From the human T2T-CHM13v2.0 reference genome, Homo sapiens, in assembly GCF_009914755.1 (NCBI RefSeq), contig NC_060927.1: a DNA stretch of 64,000 bases, one strand, 5' to 3'. This document shows positions 51,271 to 64,000 of this stretch, piece by piece; position 1 is the first letter of the stretch; each line of letters starts with the position of its first letter. The notes beneath the pieces were generated by a model that was given only the letters and a program-made list of their open reading frames with translations, searched no databases and was not told the origin of the DNA. A program made the position numbers and the translations under genes.

Positions 51271-54200
51271 ATCTATATTTATTTAGGCCAATTTCAAATT
51301 ATGGTAAAAGAGAATCCAAACACATGATCGCTAGACTGAACTTTAATGATTAAATTTTGAAGGGGTTTTTTTAGAGTTTTTTAAGAAAAAAATGCTTAGC
51401 CAAAGTATTTTAGTGAGTCCCTTTCTTTGTGATTTAAATCTGTATAATATGACTTAGAAACAAAGGTGTTTAGCAGCACTTCTATTTTTTTCAGTGGTGT
51501 GAGCATAAACCACAAAGTATCCGGATATATTATGTTTTGAAGAGGTACTTTTGTAGTGATGAATCTTTATCGAGATATCTAACCCACCAAAAATGATGTG
51601 ATAATAGTCTTTCTTTTATGTATTTTTTGAAATAACACATTCTTGATGTTTCTCCAATCCATCCTAGTAAACCAAGTAAAGTACCTAATGAAAAAATGAA
51701 AGACACATGAACGAAGTAGATGAGATCATTAGGGCCTACAAATCAAACAATGGCTATGAAATACAAAGCCAAGAGTGGGTCCATTAATGACTGTTAAAGT
51801 GACAGCTGGAGAAAAGATTGGGTCTCTTGAAGGATGAAATAGTTCAAGACAAAAAGAAAGACTGGTTCGTAAGTATCTACCTCAAGTTCAAGACTGGTGC
51901 AAAAATTACAATTATATAAAGGAATGATTATTCTCCATTACTGGTGTTTTACTTCATGTATCATTTTCCTTCTAACAACAGCCAACACAATTCTGAGAAT
52001 TTAGTATGTTCTCAACAAATTCTTGACGAATTGGATTTAACTAAAACAATAACTTTATAAAACATCAATTTAATCATCTTTAATTAGAAAAATATGTTGG
52101 CAGTTTTAAAAATTTCAAAGTATAAGTTATTATTGCTTGTTTTTTTCTCATCACAAATTCAATTTATGTTGCATTGAAAGGGTCTGAAGTTGCAGGAACA
52201 TGCAGAAATGGAAGTTGGACAAGATGACTGCTTAAATTCCTAAAAAGTACTTTATGGACATATCTGAGAAAATCATTGATCTACCCAAGTTTCAGCATTT
52301 TAGTAAAAGTACTGATTTTAAAATAATCAATTATTCCAGACCAATATATTTCACTCTAAAAGTTAAAAATAAATCAAGTCACTAAATTAATGTTTACTAC
52401 TCAAAATTGAAATTTGATTACTATTAAATTAATGAACATATAGTCTATGTGCCTAACATATATTTCAAAACATTATCTTTTAAGTGCCATTAGGTCTAAA
52501 TATAGGTTATTCTGTCCTCTTCATATAATGGTCCAAGGTATATAAACAGGAGTGTCTTGAAGTCATTGTATAAGTAGTTACCACTTAGAGGAACCATGTA
52601 CATGACAATTTCAAGGGTGATCATGAGCTACTCTATATACTTACAGGAATAGTTAATTTGACTTTGTGATGGGGATTCAACTTTTAGTTCGATGCACATT
52701 AAAGATAATTTTAATACTGATGTTAGACTATCAGACATTACAATGCAAGATTTTATTGGGGGGCCTTTTGCTTAGGCTAATATGTAATTGCATGGTTGAA
52801 AAACTTATTTCAAATACTTACTTCAGGTCAAATAGCCTAAAAATACACCCTAATGATCATGCTTTTTGGGTGAGCAAGATGACCAAAGAGAATCTTCCAG
52901 CAATTGTTCCCTTACATGAACACTAAATTGAACAACTATTCACACAAGAAAGCACCTTCGTAAGAGCCAGAAATCAAGTGAGTGATCACAGTATCTGGTT
53001 TTGACATCATATCAAGGGAAAGGGCATTGAAGGGGCAATGAAGACATTCTTGCATTGTCTACAACACCCCTCTCCCATGCCCCAACAGTGCCATTTGGTG
53101 AGGAGAGAGAATCTGTGTGCTTAGGGAAGGGACAGAAAAGTAATTGTAGGACTTTGAATTGGAACTCAGTGTTGCTTTCTCACAGCAGGACACAACCAAG
53201 GGCAGTATTCTGACTATGCACGTGGAGGGAGTATTTAGACTAACCCTGGGTAGAGAGAAATCCTCTGCCCCACTGGAAAAAAACTAGAGATTTGGCTAGC
53301 TTTATGATTGGCTGACTAAAGTGGCCTGGGGTCCTGAAAAAATCTGGAAGACAGGCAACAAGGGTTGCAGTATTTGAGCAACACCTGGTGCTACAATGAG
53401 CTCAGAGCCAGTGGACTTAAAGAGCAGTGGGACACCAGCTGTGGCAGCCAAGGGAGTGCCTGTGTCACTCCTCTTGCAACTTAAGGCAGCGGAGAGACAG
53501 ACCCCTTCTGATTGAGGAAAAGCGAGGGAAGAGTACAGAGAACATTGCCTTGAGACTGAAGTAGCAGCTTAGCCAGAGTAAAATAAAGGACCAAAGAAAT
53601 TCCTGAGGCCCGTTTCCAGGCCCTAACTCCTGGACAACATTTCTAATCCCATCCTGGGCCAGAGGGGAACCTGATGCTCTGAATAGAAAGGCCCAATTCT
53701 GGCAGGATTCATCAGCTGATTACTAATGAGCTCCTGGACCTTGAATAAACATCAGTAGCCAGGAAATAATTGCCACAGGCCTTGGGTGAGACGCAGTATG
53801 GTGCTGGCTTCAGGTGTAACCCAGAACAGTCCTAGCAGCGGTGCCACAAAAGTGCTTGCATCACCCCTTCTCCAACTCCAGGCAGCTCAGCACAGACAGA
53901 GAGACTCCATTTGTTTGGGGGAAAATAAGGAAAGAGAACAATTCAGGGAGAATTCTACCTGGCAATTCAGGGAGAATTCTCTGGGACTTCACCCAAGACT
54001 ACCACGGCAGTACCTTGATGAGTTGTCAAGGGCCACAGCATTACCAGGCTTGGGGTGCCCACAAAATGAACATACAGCTGCAGTAACCAGAGACTTAGAT
54101 CACAACACTCAATTCCCTATGAATACTTGGAATGCCTTCTCAAAAAGACAGGTACAAACAAGTCTAGACTGTGAATATTAGAACAGACCTAACTCTTCAA

Positions 54201-54418
54201 TGCCCAGACATCAATGAACATCTACAAACATCAAAACCATTCATGGAAATATGACCTCACCAAATGACGTAAATAAGGAACCAGTGAGCAATTCAAATGA
54301 GAGAGCTATGTAGACTTTCAGATAGATAATTTAAGGTAACTGTTATGAGGAAGCTTAATGAAGTCCAAGATAAGACAGGGAAAGAATACAGATTCTGATT
54401 AGAGAAATTTAGTAATTG

Positions 54419-54499
54419 GCACATGCTTACATGTTTAACAAACCTGCATATCCTGCACATGTACCCCTGAACTTAAAATAAAAATTGAAGAAAAAATAA
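54419..54499 (+). mobile_element. Very short L1PB/L1PA 3'-end insertion inside L1 ORF1
   Basis: acatgtttaacaaacctgcatatcctgcacatgtacccctgaacttaaaataaaa followed by an A tail; TAATTG at 54413-54418 and 54500-54505 is a possible TSD. Confidence 0.75.
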
Positions 54500-57400
54500 T
54501 AATTGCAAAGAATCAAGCAGAAATTCTAGAGCTGAAAAATGTAATTGACAATGTGACAAGTTTATTAGACCCTCAACAACATAATTGTTCAAGCAGAAGA
54601 AAGAATTAGTGAGCTTAAAGACAGTGTATTAGAAAATACTTGATCAGAAGAATCAAAAGAAAGGAGAATGAAAAAGAGGGAAGAATGCTTATAAGTTCTA
54701 GAAAATAGCCTTCAAAGGGCATATACGAAATATTGGCCTTAAAGAGGAGTCAGAGAGACAGAGACCAGGATAGAAAGTTTATTCCAAAAGATAATAACAG
54801 AGAACTTTCAAAACCTAGAGAAAGATATGCATATTCAAGTACAAGAAGTTATAGAGCACCAGGCAGATTTCACCCAAATAAGACTACCTCAAGGCATTTA
54901 ATAACCAAGCTCCCAAAGGTCAAACATAAAGAAAGGATCCTGAAAGCAGAAAGATAAAATAAACAAATGACACATAAAGGAGTTACAGTATGTCTGGCAG
55001 CAGACTTCTCAGAGGAAACCTTACAGTCCAGGAGATAGTGGCATGATACATTCACAGTGTTGAGGGAAAAATAATTACATCCAAAAAATATCATTTCTGG
55101 CAAAAATATCCTTCAAACATGATGGTGATTGAAAGACTTTCCAAGACAAATGAAACCTAAAGGATTTTGTCAACACCAAACCTATTCTACAAGAAATACT
55201 AAATGGAGCTTTTTCAGTCTGAAAGAAAATATTTTTAATAAACAATAAAGAGTCTTCTGAAACTATAAAATTCACTGGTAACGGTTAGTATGGAGACAAA
55301 TACAGAATACTTAAATGGTATAAATGTGTTATATAAACCACTCGTATCTTGAATAGTAAGACAAAAAGGCAAATCTACAAAAATAATAACCACAACAAAT
55401 TATCAAGAGATAGATAGTGTAAAACGATGACAACCACAAAAAATCAAAATGTGGAATAGAGTTAAAGCATAGAGTTTTTTTTTTTACTTTTCTCTTTGCT
55501 GATTTATTTGTATGTTGTTGTGGTTGTTTTTTAATCAGAGTTAACCTGCTGTCAATTTAAACCAATTGATTATAAGATATTATTTACAAGCCTATGGCAA
55601 CTTCAGTACAAAAAACCTACAACAGATACACAGAAAAAAAGCAAGAAATCATAACGTACTACCAGTAAAAAATCACTTTTACACAAAGGAAGATAAGAAG
55701 GAAAAAAGAAAGAAGGAGGGTTACAAAACAACTGGAAAACAAGTAAGAAAATGACAATAGTACATCCTTACCTGTCAATAATAACCTTGAATGTCATTGG
55801 CCTAAACACTCCAATCAAAACATATAGAGTGGCTGAATGGATAAGAAAGAATTCCCATCTATATGTTGTGTGCAAGATATTCACCTCACCTATAAACACA
55901 CACATAGACTGAAAATAAAGGAATGGAAAGCAATGTTTCAGCAAAATAGAAATCACAGAAGAGCAGGAGTAGCCATACTTATATCAGATAAAATCTATTT
56001 CAAAATGAAAATATAAAAAGAGGCAAAGAAAATCATTACATAATGATAAACAGGTCAAGTGAGCAGTAATATATAACATTTATAAATAAATGTGCACGAA
56101 ACAAAGGAGCACCCAGGTGCATAACACAAGAGAGAGATAGACCCCAATAAAATAATAGCTTGAGACCACAAAACTCCATTTTCTGCATTGGGCAGATCAT
56201 CAAGACAGAAAATCAACAAACATTGGACTAAATCTACACTATAGGCCAAATATAATAGATATTTATAGAACATTTCATCTGACATCTGCAGAATATACAT
56301 TCTCCTCAGCACATGGATCACTCTCAAGGATAGATCAGATATTAGGCCAAAAAAAAACAAGTCTTAAATTTTTTAAAAAAAATTGAAATTCTCTCAAGTA
56401 TTTCTCTGACTACAATGCAATGAAACTAGAAATCAAAAACAAGAGGAACTTTAGAAACTATACAAACAAGTGGAAATTAAATAATACAATCCTGAATGAC
56501 CAGTGAGTCAATTAAGAAATTAAGAAGAAAATTGAATAATTTATTGAAACAAATGGAAATGGAAATGCAACATAGCCAAACCTATGGGATATAGCAAAAG
56601 CAATATTAAGAGGAAAGTTTACAGCAATAATTGCCTACATCGAAAAAGTAGAAAAACTTCAAATAACAACCTAGTATGTATTTTAAGAAACTACAAAAGC
56701 AGGAGGAAATCAACCCAAAATTGGTAGAAGAAAAGAAATTACAAAGATCAGAGCAGAAATAAATGAAATTGAAACAAAAAATACAAAAGGTTAACAGGAT
56801 GAAATGTTGGTATTTGAAAAGATTTAAAAAATTGACTAAGAACAAAAGAGAGAAGACACAAATAAATAAAATCAGAAACCAGAAAGAAGACATTAAAACT
56901 GATACCATAGAAACTCAAAGGATCATTAGCATTATGAACAACTGTGTGCCAATAAATTGGAAATTTGGAAGTAATAGACAAATTCTTAAACACATACAAC
57001 CTACTAAGATGGAAGCATGAAGAAATCCAAAACTTAGACAAATAACAAGTAATGGGATAGAAGTACTAATAAAAAGTCTTCCATCAGTGAAAAGCCCAGG
57101 ACATGATGGCTTCACTACTGAATTCTATCGAACATTTAAGTAAATATCACTAAACCTATTCACACTGTTCCAAAAGATTAAGGAGGAGGGAATACTTTCA
57201 AATTGATTCTAGTAGGCCAATAGTACTCTGATACCAAAACCATAAAAAGACACAACAATAACAACAGCAAAAAAAAAGAAAAAAACAACATGACAGGCCA
57301 ATATAGCTGATGAACACAGATGCAAAAATTCTAAACAAAATACTAGGAAACTGAATTCAGCATCACATTAAAAAGATTATTCATCCTGATCAGATTCGAT

Positions 57401-57867
57401 TCATCCTAGGGATATAAGGATAGTGCAACATATGCAAATCCATCAATGTGATACGTCCTAACAACAGAATGAAGGATAAAAATTATATGATTATTCCAAT
57501 TAATAATGAAAATTTGTTTGATATAATTCAACATCCCTTCATGATATAAACTCTCAAAAAACTAGGTATAGAAGGAATATGCCTCAATATGATAAAAGCC
57601 ATATACAACAGACCCACAGCAAGTATCATACTGAAAGGATAAAACCTGAAAACATTTTCTCTAGGATTTAAAAAGAGACAATGTTGCCCACTGTTATTCA
57701 ACATAGTATTGGAAGTCCTAACTAATGCACTCAGACAAGAGAAAGATATAAAGGGCACCCAAATTAGAAAGGAAGAAGTCAAATTATCCTTGCTGGCAGA
57801 CAATATAGTCTTACATATTTATTGAAACCTAAAGCCTCCACCAAAAAAACTATTAGAACTGATTAGC

Positions 57868-58079
57868 CACGGTGAAACCCCGTCTCTACTAAAAATACAA
57901 AAAAAAATTAGCCGGGCGAGGTGGCGGGCGCCTGTAGTCCCAGCTACTCGGGAGGCTGAGGCAGGAGAATGGCGTGAACCCCAGGGGGCGGAGCCTGCAG
58001 TGAGCCGAGATTGCGCCACTGCACTCCAGCCTGGGCGACAGCGAGACTCCGTCTCAAAAAAAAAAAAAAAAAAAAAAAG
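57868..58079 (+). mobile_element. AluYe5-type young Alu, 5'-truncated
   Basis: Ye diagnostics gggcgAggtggcggg, ccccagggggcggagcCtgcag and gggcgacagcgagac; CpGs nearly all intact; A23 tail; perfect 12-bp TSD GAACTGATTAGC at 57856-57867 and 58080-58091. Confidence 0.92.
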
Positions 58080-60163
58080 GAACTGATTAGCAAATTCAGT
58101 AAAGTTGCAGGATACAAAATCAATTTACAAAAATCAGTAGCATTTCTATATGTTAATAGCAAGCCATATGAAAAATAAAGAAAGTAATCCCATTAACAAT
58201 AGCTACAAATAAAATAAAATACCTTAGAATGAACCTAACCAAAGAAGTCAAAGATTTCTAAAATTAAAGCTATAAAATATTGATGCAAGAAATTCAAGGG
58301 AAAACACCAGAAATAGAAAGATATTTTGTGTTTATGTATTAGAAGATTCTATGTTGTTAAAATGTCCATACAACCCAAAGCAATTTGTAGATTCAATGTG
58401 ATCCCCACCAAAATACCAATGACATTCTTCATGGAAATACAAAAAAAATCCTAAAATTAATGTGGAACCATAAAAGACTGAGAATATCCAAAGTTATTCT
58501 GAGCAAAAAGAAGAAAACCAGAGGAATCACATTACCTGACTTCTGATTATACTACAAAGTTATTGTAATCAAAACAGCATGGTACTAGCATAAAAACAGA
58601 CAGACTAATGAAACAGAATAAAGAACGCAGAAATTACTTCCATACATCTACAGTGAACTCATTTTTGACAAAAGTTCCAAGTACATACCTTAGGAAAAGG
58701 GTGGTCTCTTCAATAAATGGTGCTGGAAAAACTATATATCCATGTGCAGCTGAATAGACCTCTCTCTCTTTCTCTCACTATATAGAAAAATCAATTCAAA
58801 ATGTATTAAATACTTAAATCTAACACCTAAAACTATGAAACTACTAAAAAAACATTGGGGAAGCTCTTTAGGACATTAGTCTAGGCAAGGATTTCTTGAG
58901 TAATACTCCAAAAGCACAGGAAAACAAAGCAAAAATGAACAAATGGGATCACATCAATTTAAAAGCTCTGTACAGCAAAGGATACAGTCAACAAAGTGAA
59001 GAGACAACCCATATAATGGGAGAAATATTTGCAAACTACCCCTCTAGGAATGGATTAATAACCAGATTATATAAAGAGCTCAAACAACTCAATAGAAAAG
59101 AATTTAATAATCCAATTTTAAAATGGGCAAAATATCTGAATAGACATTTTTCAAAAGAAGACATACAAATGGCAAACAGGTATATGAAAAGGTGCTCAAC
59201 ATCATTCATTGTCAGAGAAATGGAAATCAAACCACAATGAGATATCATCTCACCCCTGTTAAAATGGCTTTTATCCAAAAGACAAGCAATAATGAATGCT
59301 GATGAGGATGTGGAGTAAGTGGAACCCTCATACACTGTTGACAGGAATAAAAATTAGTACAGCCACAATGTACTAGTTTACAGAATGAGGTATGAGTATG
59401 AGAACAGTATGAGGTTCCTCAAGAAACTAAAATCGGAATCACCATGTGATCCAGCAATCTCACTGCTAGATAAATATCTATTTAAAAAGGAAATCATATA
59501 TTGAAGAGATTATTATCTGCACGCCCATGTATATTGCAGCACTAGTCACAATAGCCAAGATTTGAAATCAATCTTAGTGTTCATCAACAGATAAATGGAT
59601 AAAGAAAATGTGGAATGGAGTGTTACTGAGATACAAAAAAGAATGAAATCCCGTCATTTGCAACAACATGGATGGAACTGGAGGACATTACACTGAATGA
59701 AATAAGCCAAGTACTGAAAGACAAATTTCACTTGTTCTCACACATATGTTGTAACTAAATTTAAAATGACTGAATTCGTGGCGATAGTGTAATGCGGTGG
59801 GGGATAAAGTAGAGATGGTTAGTGGGTAAAAAAATATAGTTAGATAGAATGAATAAGATCTAGTATTTCACATCACAACAGGGTGATGATAGTCAACATT
59901 TATTGTAGCTTTAAAATAACTAAAGAGTATGATTTGAATGTTTCTACCACAAATAATTGATAAATGCTTGAAGTGATGGATACCCCAACTACCCTGATAT
60001 AATTATTACACATTGTATGCTTATATCAAAACATCACATATACTCCATAAGTATGTACACCTATTATGTACCCATAATAATTAAAAATAATTTTTTAAAA
60101 AATTATGCTTTCTCCTGCAGAGAATGCTAGTCAATGTGTTATAAGGAATTTAATGAAGAAATA

Positions 60164-60423
60164 TAAAACCAAATACTGCATGTTCTCACTTGTAAGTGAG
60201 AGATAAATGATGAGAATACATAGATACAGAGGGGAACAACAGATGCTGGGGCCTCCCAGAGGGTACAGGATGGAGGTTGGGAGGAGGGAAAGGATCAGGA
60301 AATATAACTAATGGGTACTGGACTTAATACCTGGTGATGAAACTACATGTACAACAAATCCCCGTGACATGGATTTACCTATATAACAAAACTGCACAAG
60401 TACCCCTTAACTTAAAAATTAAA
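60164..60423 (+). mobile_element. L1PA13-16-like 3' end (~260 bp, 5'-truncated)
   Basis: aaaccaaatactgcatgttctcacttgtaagtg...gggaggagggaaaggatcagga...cacaagtaccccttaacttaaaa; AAGAAATA at 60156-60163 and 60424-60431 is a possible TSD. Confidence 0.85.
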
Positions 60424-62236
60424 AAGAAATAATTCAAAATATTTGCATCCACAGTTTATTTAAATATATATTATACCAAATGCAAATTACTTTTAGATGA
60501 ATTTTATTATTTTATTATTAAAATATGTAAATTGTACAAAAACACTTAGGTATAACATAAATTTCTATTCTACATACTCTTATACACACTTAAAATGACG
60601 TGTTCACAGAAAATTCGAATTATCTGAACAACATATTATTAACTCAGTTTTACATAAGAATTGAAAATTAACCACCATATTCAAGATACTTGAGGGTATA
60701 AGTACAAAAGCGCCTCACTACAATATTATTTTGTGCCTCATATTTACAGATTATTATGACTTTCAAGTTGCATTCATACCTGTTGTCCATTTGAGGGCAA
60801 GCACTGAGTCTGGTTATTTTTCTTCCTGCTTCCCAGCCTAGAATTTGGTCCATTATATTCTTTCAGAAAATGTTTGTTAAATGTACATAAAAGAATGAAT
60901 AGGACAACAAGAAATGACTTTCTAGCACAATATCCTGCCAGAAGGCAGCTATTTTTATTTCCATTCTATAAAGAGGAAGTGAGGACACTCAGAAGTTGGC
61001 TGACCTAACAGGTGTTTTCGTTTGAGACTGTAAGTTGATTTCATCCCAAGGTTCAATTGTCCAGTGAGTGTCATTTTCAGTGATCTACTTGCATAAGAAA
61101 TGGAGGAGGATTCTGGGAAGAAGATATTCTAGGAAAAGAGATAATAAATTTGCACAAGTTGTGTGCAAGAGTAATATCACGACCAACAAACACATGACAA
61201 CAGTTTGTGAATATTTAATATATACAGGGCACAGGAATAATGAGTTTACCTTCATTTCTCATGTACCTGACACTAAATGATTTCCAAAGTGTATTGCCAT
61301 ATAATTTTCACTACAACTTTATCAAGTAGATGCCATAGGGAGGGACCAGTTTTATGGATGACATGTCTGTAGGTAGTAGACAGTTACTATGAACTTTGAT
61401 AGGAGACTTGTCAATGTCGCTTGGGTGCTGGTCATCCACACCCATAGTGTTCCTGGTATAGGAGGAGAAGATTGGCTGTGACCACTACGGAGCAGATTCT
61501 GATAGTGTCTATGCTGGAATGTGGCTCTGCTCAGACAGTTATAGGGTCTCTGCTGTAAAGAAGTGTAATGATTTACCAAAATCCTAAGAGGGGAATAGCT
61601 AAGTCCCAGCTTGAGTGAGACCAGTTTATGTTCTAAGGCATATCAGAGGTCTTTGTCAGGGATACATAGGGCTGACTACCCCATGACTTCTCAGAAGTTA
61701 AATACAGACTCTGACTCCTTATTTATGACTAAGGTGCTAAATCTAGTGGGCACAAGTTCTTCTATCCCTGACTCATGGTTGCTAAGGACTGGGATTTCAG
61801 CCCTTTCCATGAAGCCAAGAAGTTCCAATTTTCACCTAGAATTCCAAAAAAGGAAAGCAATCAGCCAGTCTTCTGTTTTTTTTTCTTTTTTAAAAAAAGT
61901 AGATTTAAAGAGACTAAATGAAAGGTCACAAGGTTATAAAAGTGAGGTATCTACAGTTAATCTTAGTTACTCACAAACCTTGCTGTTTGCTCTGCTCTAT
62001 CAACAATCTTCTTGGAAAATTATGTGAAGCTGCTGCCCTTACATTCAGTGTCCTGTGACTTTCATCTGTCTATTTATGGGAAAGTGGTACAGCCACAATG
62101 ATATCAGATTGAGTTAGTTAAACTTCTCCCGGGTCAATAGTTTGTTCAGTTACTGATGTGTAGTGTCTCAATTGACAGATTCAGGGAGCCCATACTAATA
62201 GTTTAATGAATTATATTAGGAATATAAGTAACTCAA

Positions 62237-62816
62237 TGACAGAGAAGGAAGGAAGAAACCAGTCAGGCAGGGTAGGTCTTCATTAAAACACCTTCAAACC
62301 AAGAACAGCCTGAAAATCAAGCTGTAGGCCCCAGATAAGAAAGAGCCCACACCAGCAAAACTCCTTCACTTCAGCTCCTTCACTTCAGACCCTGACTGGT
62401 CCTGGATCAAGCTCCGGGGCCAAGCCCTCACTTCAGCCCCTGATTTGTCCCAGGCCAATGTCCCATGCCATGCCTTCACTTCAGCCCAAAGTGGTCTTTT
62501 ACACTATGGTGCCTCTTTCTGGGTGGTGCTTTCTTCAAGACAGTCCACAGACCAGTTAACACACTCCTGTCCCTTCACAGTCTGCAAAATTTCTGAACTT
62601 AGCCCCACAGCTAGCAACCCTCTTTCGGGTCCCCTCTCTTTGCTGAGAGTTTTCTGTTGCTTAATAAATTCAAATATTCCTTACTCACTATCTGGTGTCT
62701 GTGTGCCTTATTCTTCTTGGTCATGGGACAGGAATCAGGAGCTCACCTGCAGTGGGAGTAAAAGAGCTGTAACACTCCCCTCCCACCCACTGCACAAGAA
62801 CAAAAAAGTTGCAACA
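62237..62816 (+). mobile_element. ERV1 solo LTR (MER66-like) with internal ccttcacttcag repeats
   Basis: TG...CA ends; gaaggaaggaagaaaccagtcaggcag; caagaacagcctgaaaatcaagctg; gcaaccctctttcgggtcccctctc; AATAAA at 62663; aaaagagctgtaaca. The family name is less certain than the LTR call. Confidence 0.75.
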
Positions 62817-64000
62817 CCATGACATTGGAAAACGTCAAAGAGAATTATTTCTTATGTTTCTATAAAGACCAATTTACAACATCTATTTAGAGACAGATGA
62901 AGGGATCACACACACACCAAATTCTGGTTTTTTGTTTGTTTGTTTGTTTTGTTTTTACTTTGATTGTTTTGTTTCGGAATGCTGGAAGTAGGCAACTGGG
63001 ATCTATCCCAGGAGAGAAATGTACATACTCTTGCAAATGCCTCTCCCTTTCTCTCCCCATCCAAGAAAAGGATTCTTCATAATTTGGAATAAAGACTGTC
63101 ATTGGTTATACTAAGGGGAAGTATAAGAAGACCCCAAAAGGAGGACTCACATCTTAAACCTATAATACAACTATGTTGGGAAGACTTTCAATGAAGCCCA
63201 ATAAATAAATAAGCCCACATGAGCTGGAAAGAATAATGTATTGGAAAAACATTCTCCTCTTTAATATCCTAAGATGCTACCATTGGTCATTTGTTTCTTT
63301 GTGAACGAGGCTTCCCTACTGTATTTTGGGATTGAAATGATAATGGGATACTTAGGGTAAAGTCTTCCCATTATTATTTTTCTTCTAGTGAAGGAATTTT
63401 ATTTTCTGTGGTATTTAATTTTACTTTAGAATTTAAATAGGTCTACCACACTGCAGTAAAAATGCATAGATAACAGAATTAATCAAAATAACTTGGAAGA
63501 ATAAAATGTGGCATAAAATCTTAACATAGCTGAGAGTTTTAAGTTATTCTGTAGAGGAGGGTGAGGAAAAAAAACAGTTTTGGAAAATTACCATAAAACA
63601 TTGAAAGTAAAATAAGGAATGTTTTTGATATAGCTTCAAGGAATAATCACATGTTTTTACTTACAGTAAGATTTCATAAATTCTTATTTCATTACAATAC
63701 TGTATTTTATAAAAAAAAACTGAACACCACACAAATATCTGTAACTTAAAAAATATTCGTTGTTACCCGAGCTTTAGTACTATAATATTTAGCAAAAAAA
63801 AAAAAATGACTATAGCTGATGACTTTATGTCATTAGCTACCCCTGAAGTTGCTGAAAAAATGAAGTGTTAAGAGATAAAGTTGGAATTTGGTAGAAGACT
63901 CCAGGAATAAAGGTATTTATTTGTGGCGGGGAGGGGATATCTGTCAGATCTCTATAGTGCAGAGAATTTTACAGAGGTGACCTGACACTCTTTTCCATCA

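Larger units (their letters stand above)
52868..60101 (+). mobile_element. Near full-length L1MA2/3-like LINE-1 fossil (5'UTR, ORF1, ORF2, 3'UTR), inactive
   Basis: 5' gggtgagcaagatgacc; ORF1 remnant (KTTSRHLITKLPKVKHKERILKA); ORF2 remnants; L1MA 3'UTR ending tatgtacccataataattaaaaat. Probable TSD ATCATGCTTT (52856-52865) / ATTATGCTTT (60102-60111). Confidence 0.9.

Noticed and set aside
52868-60101. Full-length L1 as a retrotransposition-competent element
   Set aside because: No long ORF1 or ORF2 frame survives in the ORF track; there are many stops and frameshifts and two nested insertions.
61611-62027. 138-aa + strand ORF
   Set aside because: TTG start, Ser/Leu-rich with no domain similarity, and it crosses a poly-T/poly-A tract; consistent with chance.

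Overview
AT-rich primate genomic DNA, most likely human or great ape because it contains an AluYe5-type element. It looks intergenic or deep-intronic and is dominated by transposable-element fossils: L1PA/L1PB/L1MA/L1ME LINE-1 pieces (including one near full-length, TSD-flanked L1MA-type copy at ~52.9-60.1 kb), L2, MIR, ten Alus, MaLR/ERVL/ERV1 solo LTRs, and hAT/Tigger/mariner DNA transposons. I found no host protein-coding gene, RNA gene or CRISPR array; nearly all ORFs in the supplied track are L1/Alu remnants or chance ORFs. I cannot support a new multi-gene biological system here. The observations most worth checking are: (1) an intact LTR10F-type solo LTR with a 28-bp VNTR carrying three AP-1 sites; (2) a two-piece insertion at 3554-3743 apparently copied from the L1 about 2 kb upstream; (3) a non-TE block rich in developmental TF motifs, bracketed by a diverged ~66-bp direct repeat (15547-16721); (4) a very young, 5'-truncated AluYe5-type insertion that may be polymorphic; (5) a nested TE stack at 9.2-11.5 kb; and (6) candidate + strand non-coding exons. 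Subfamily names come from my recall of consensus sequences and need RepeatMasker/Dfam confirmation.
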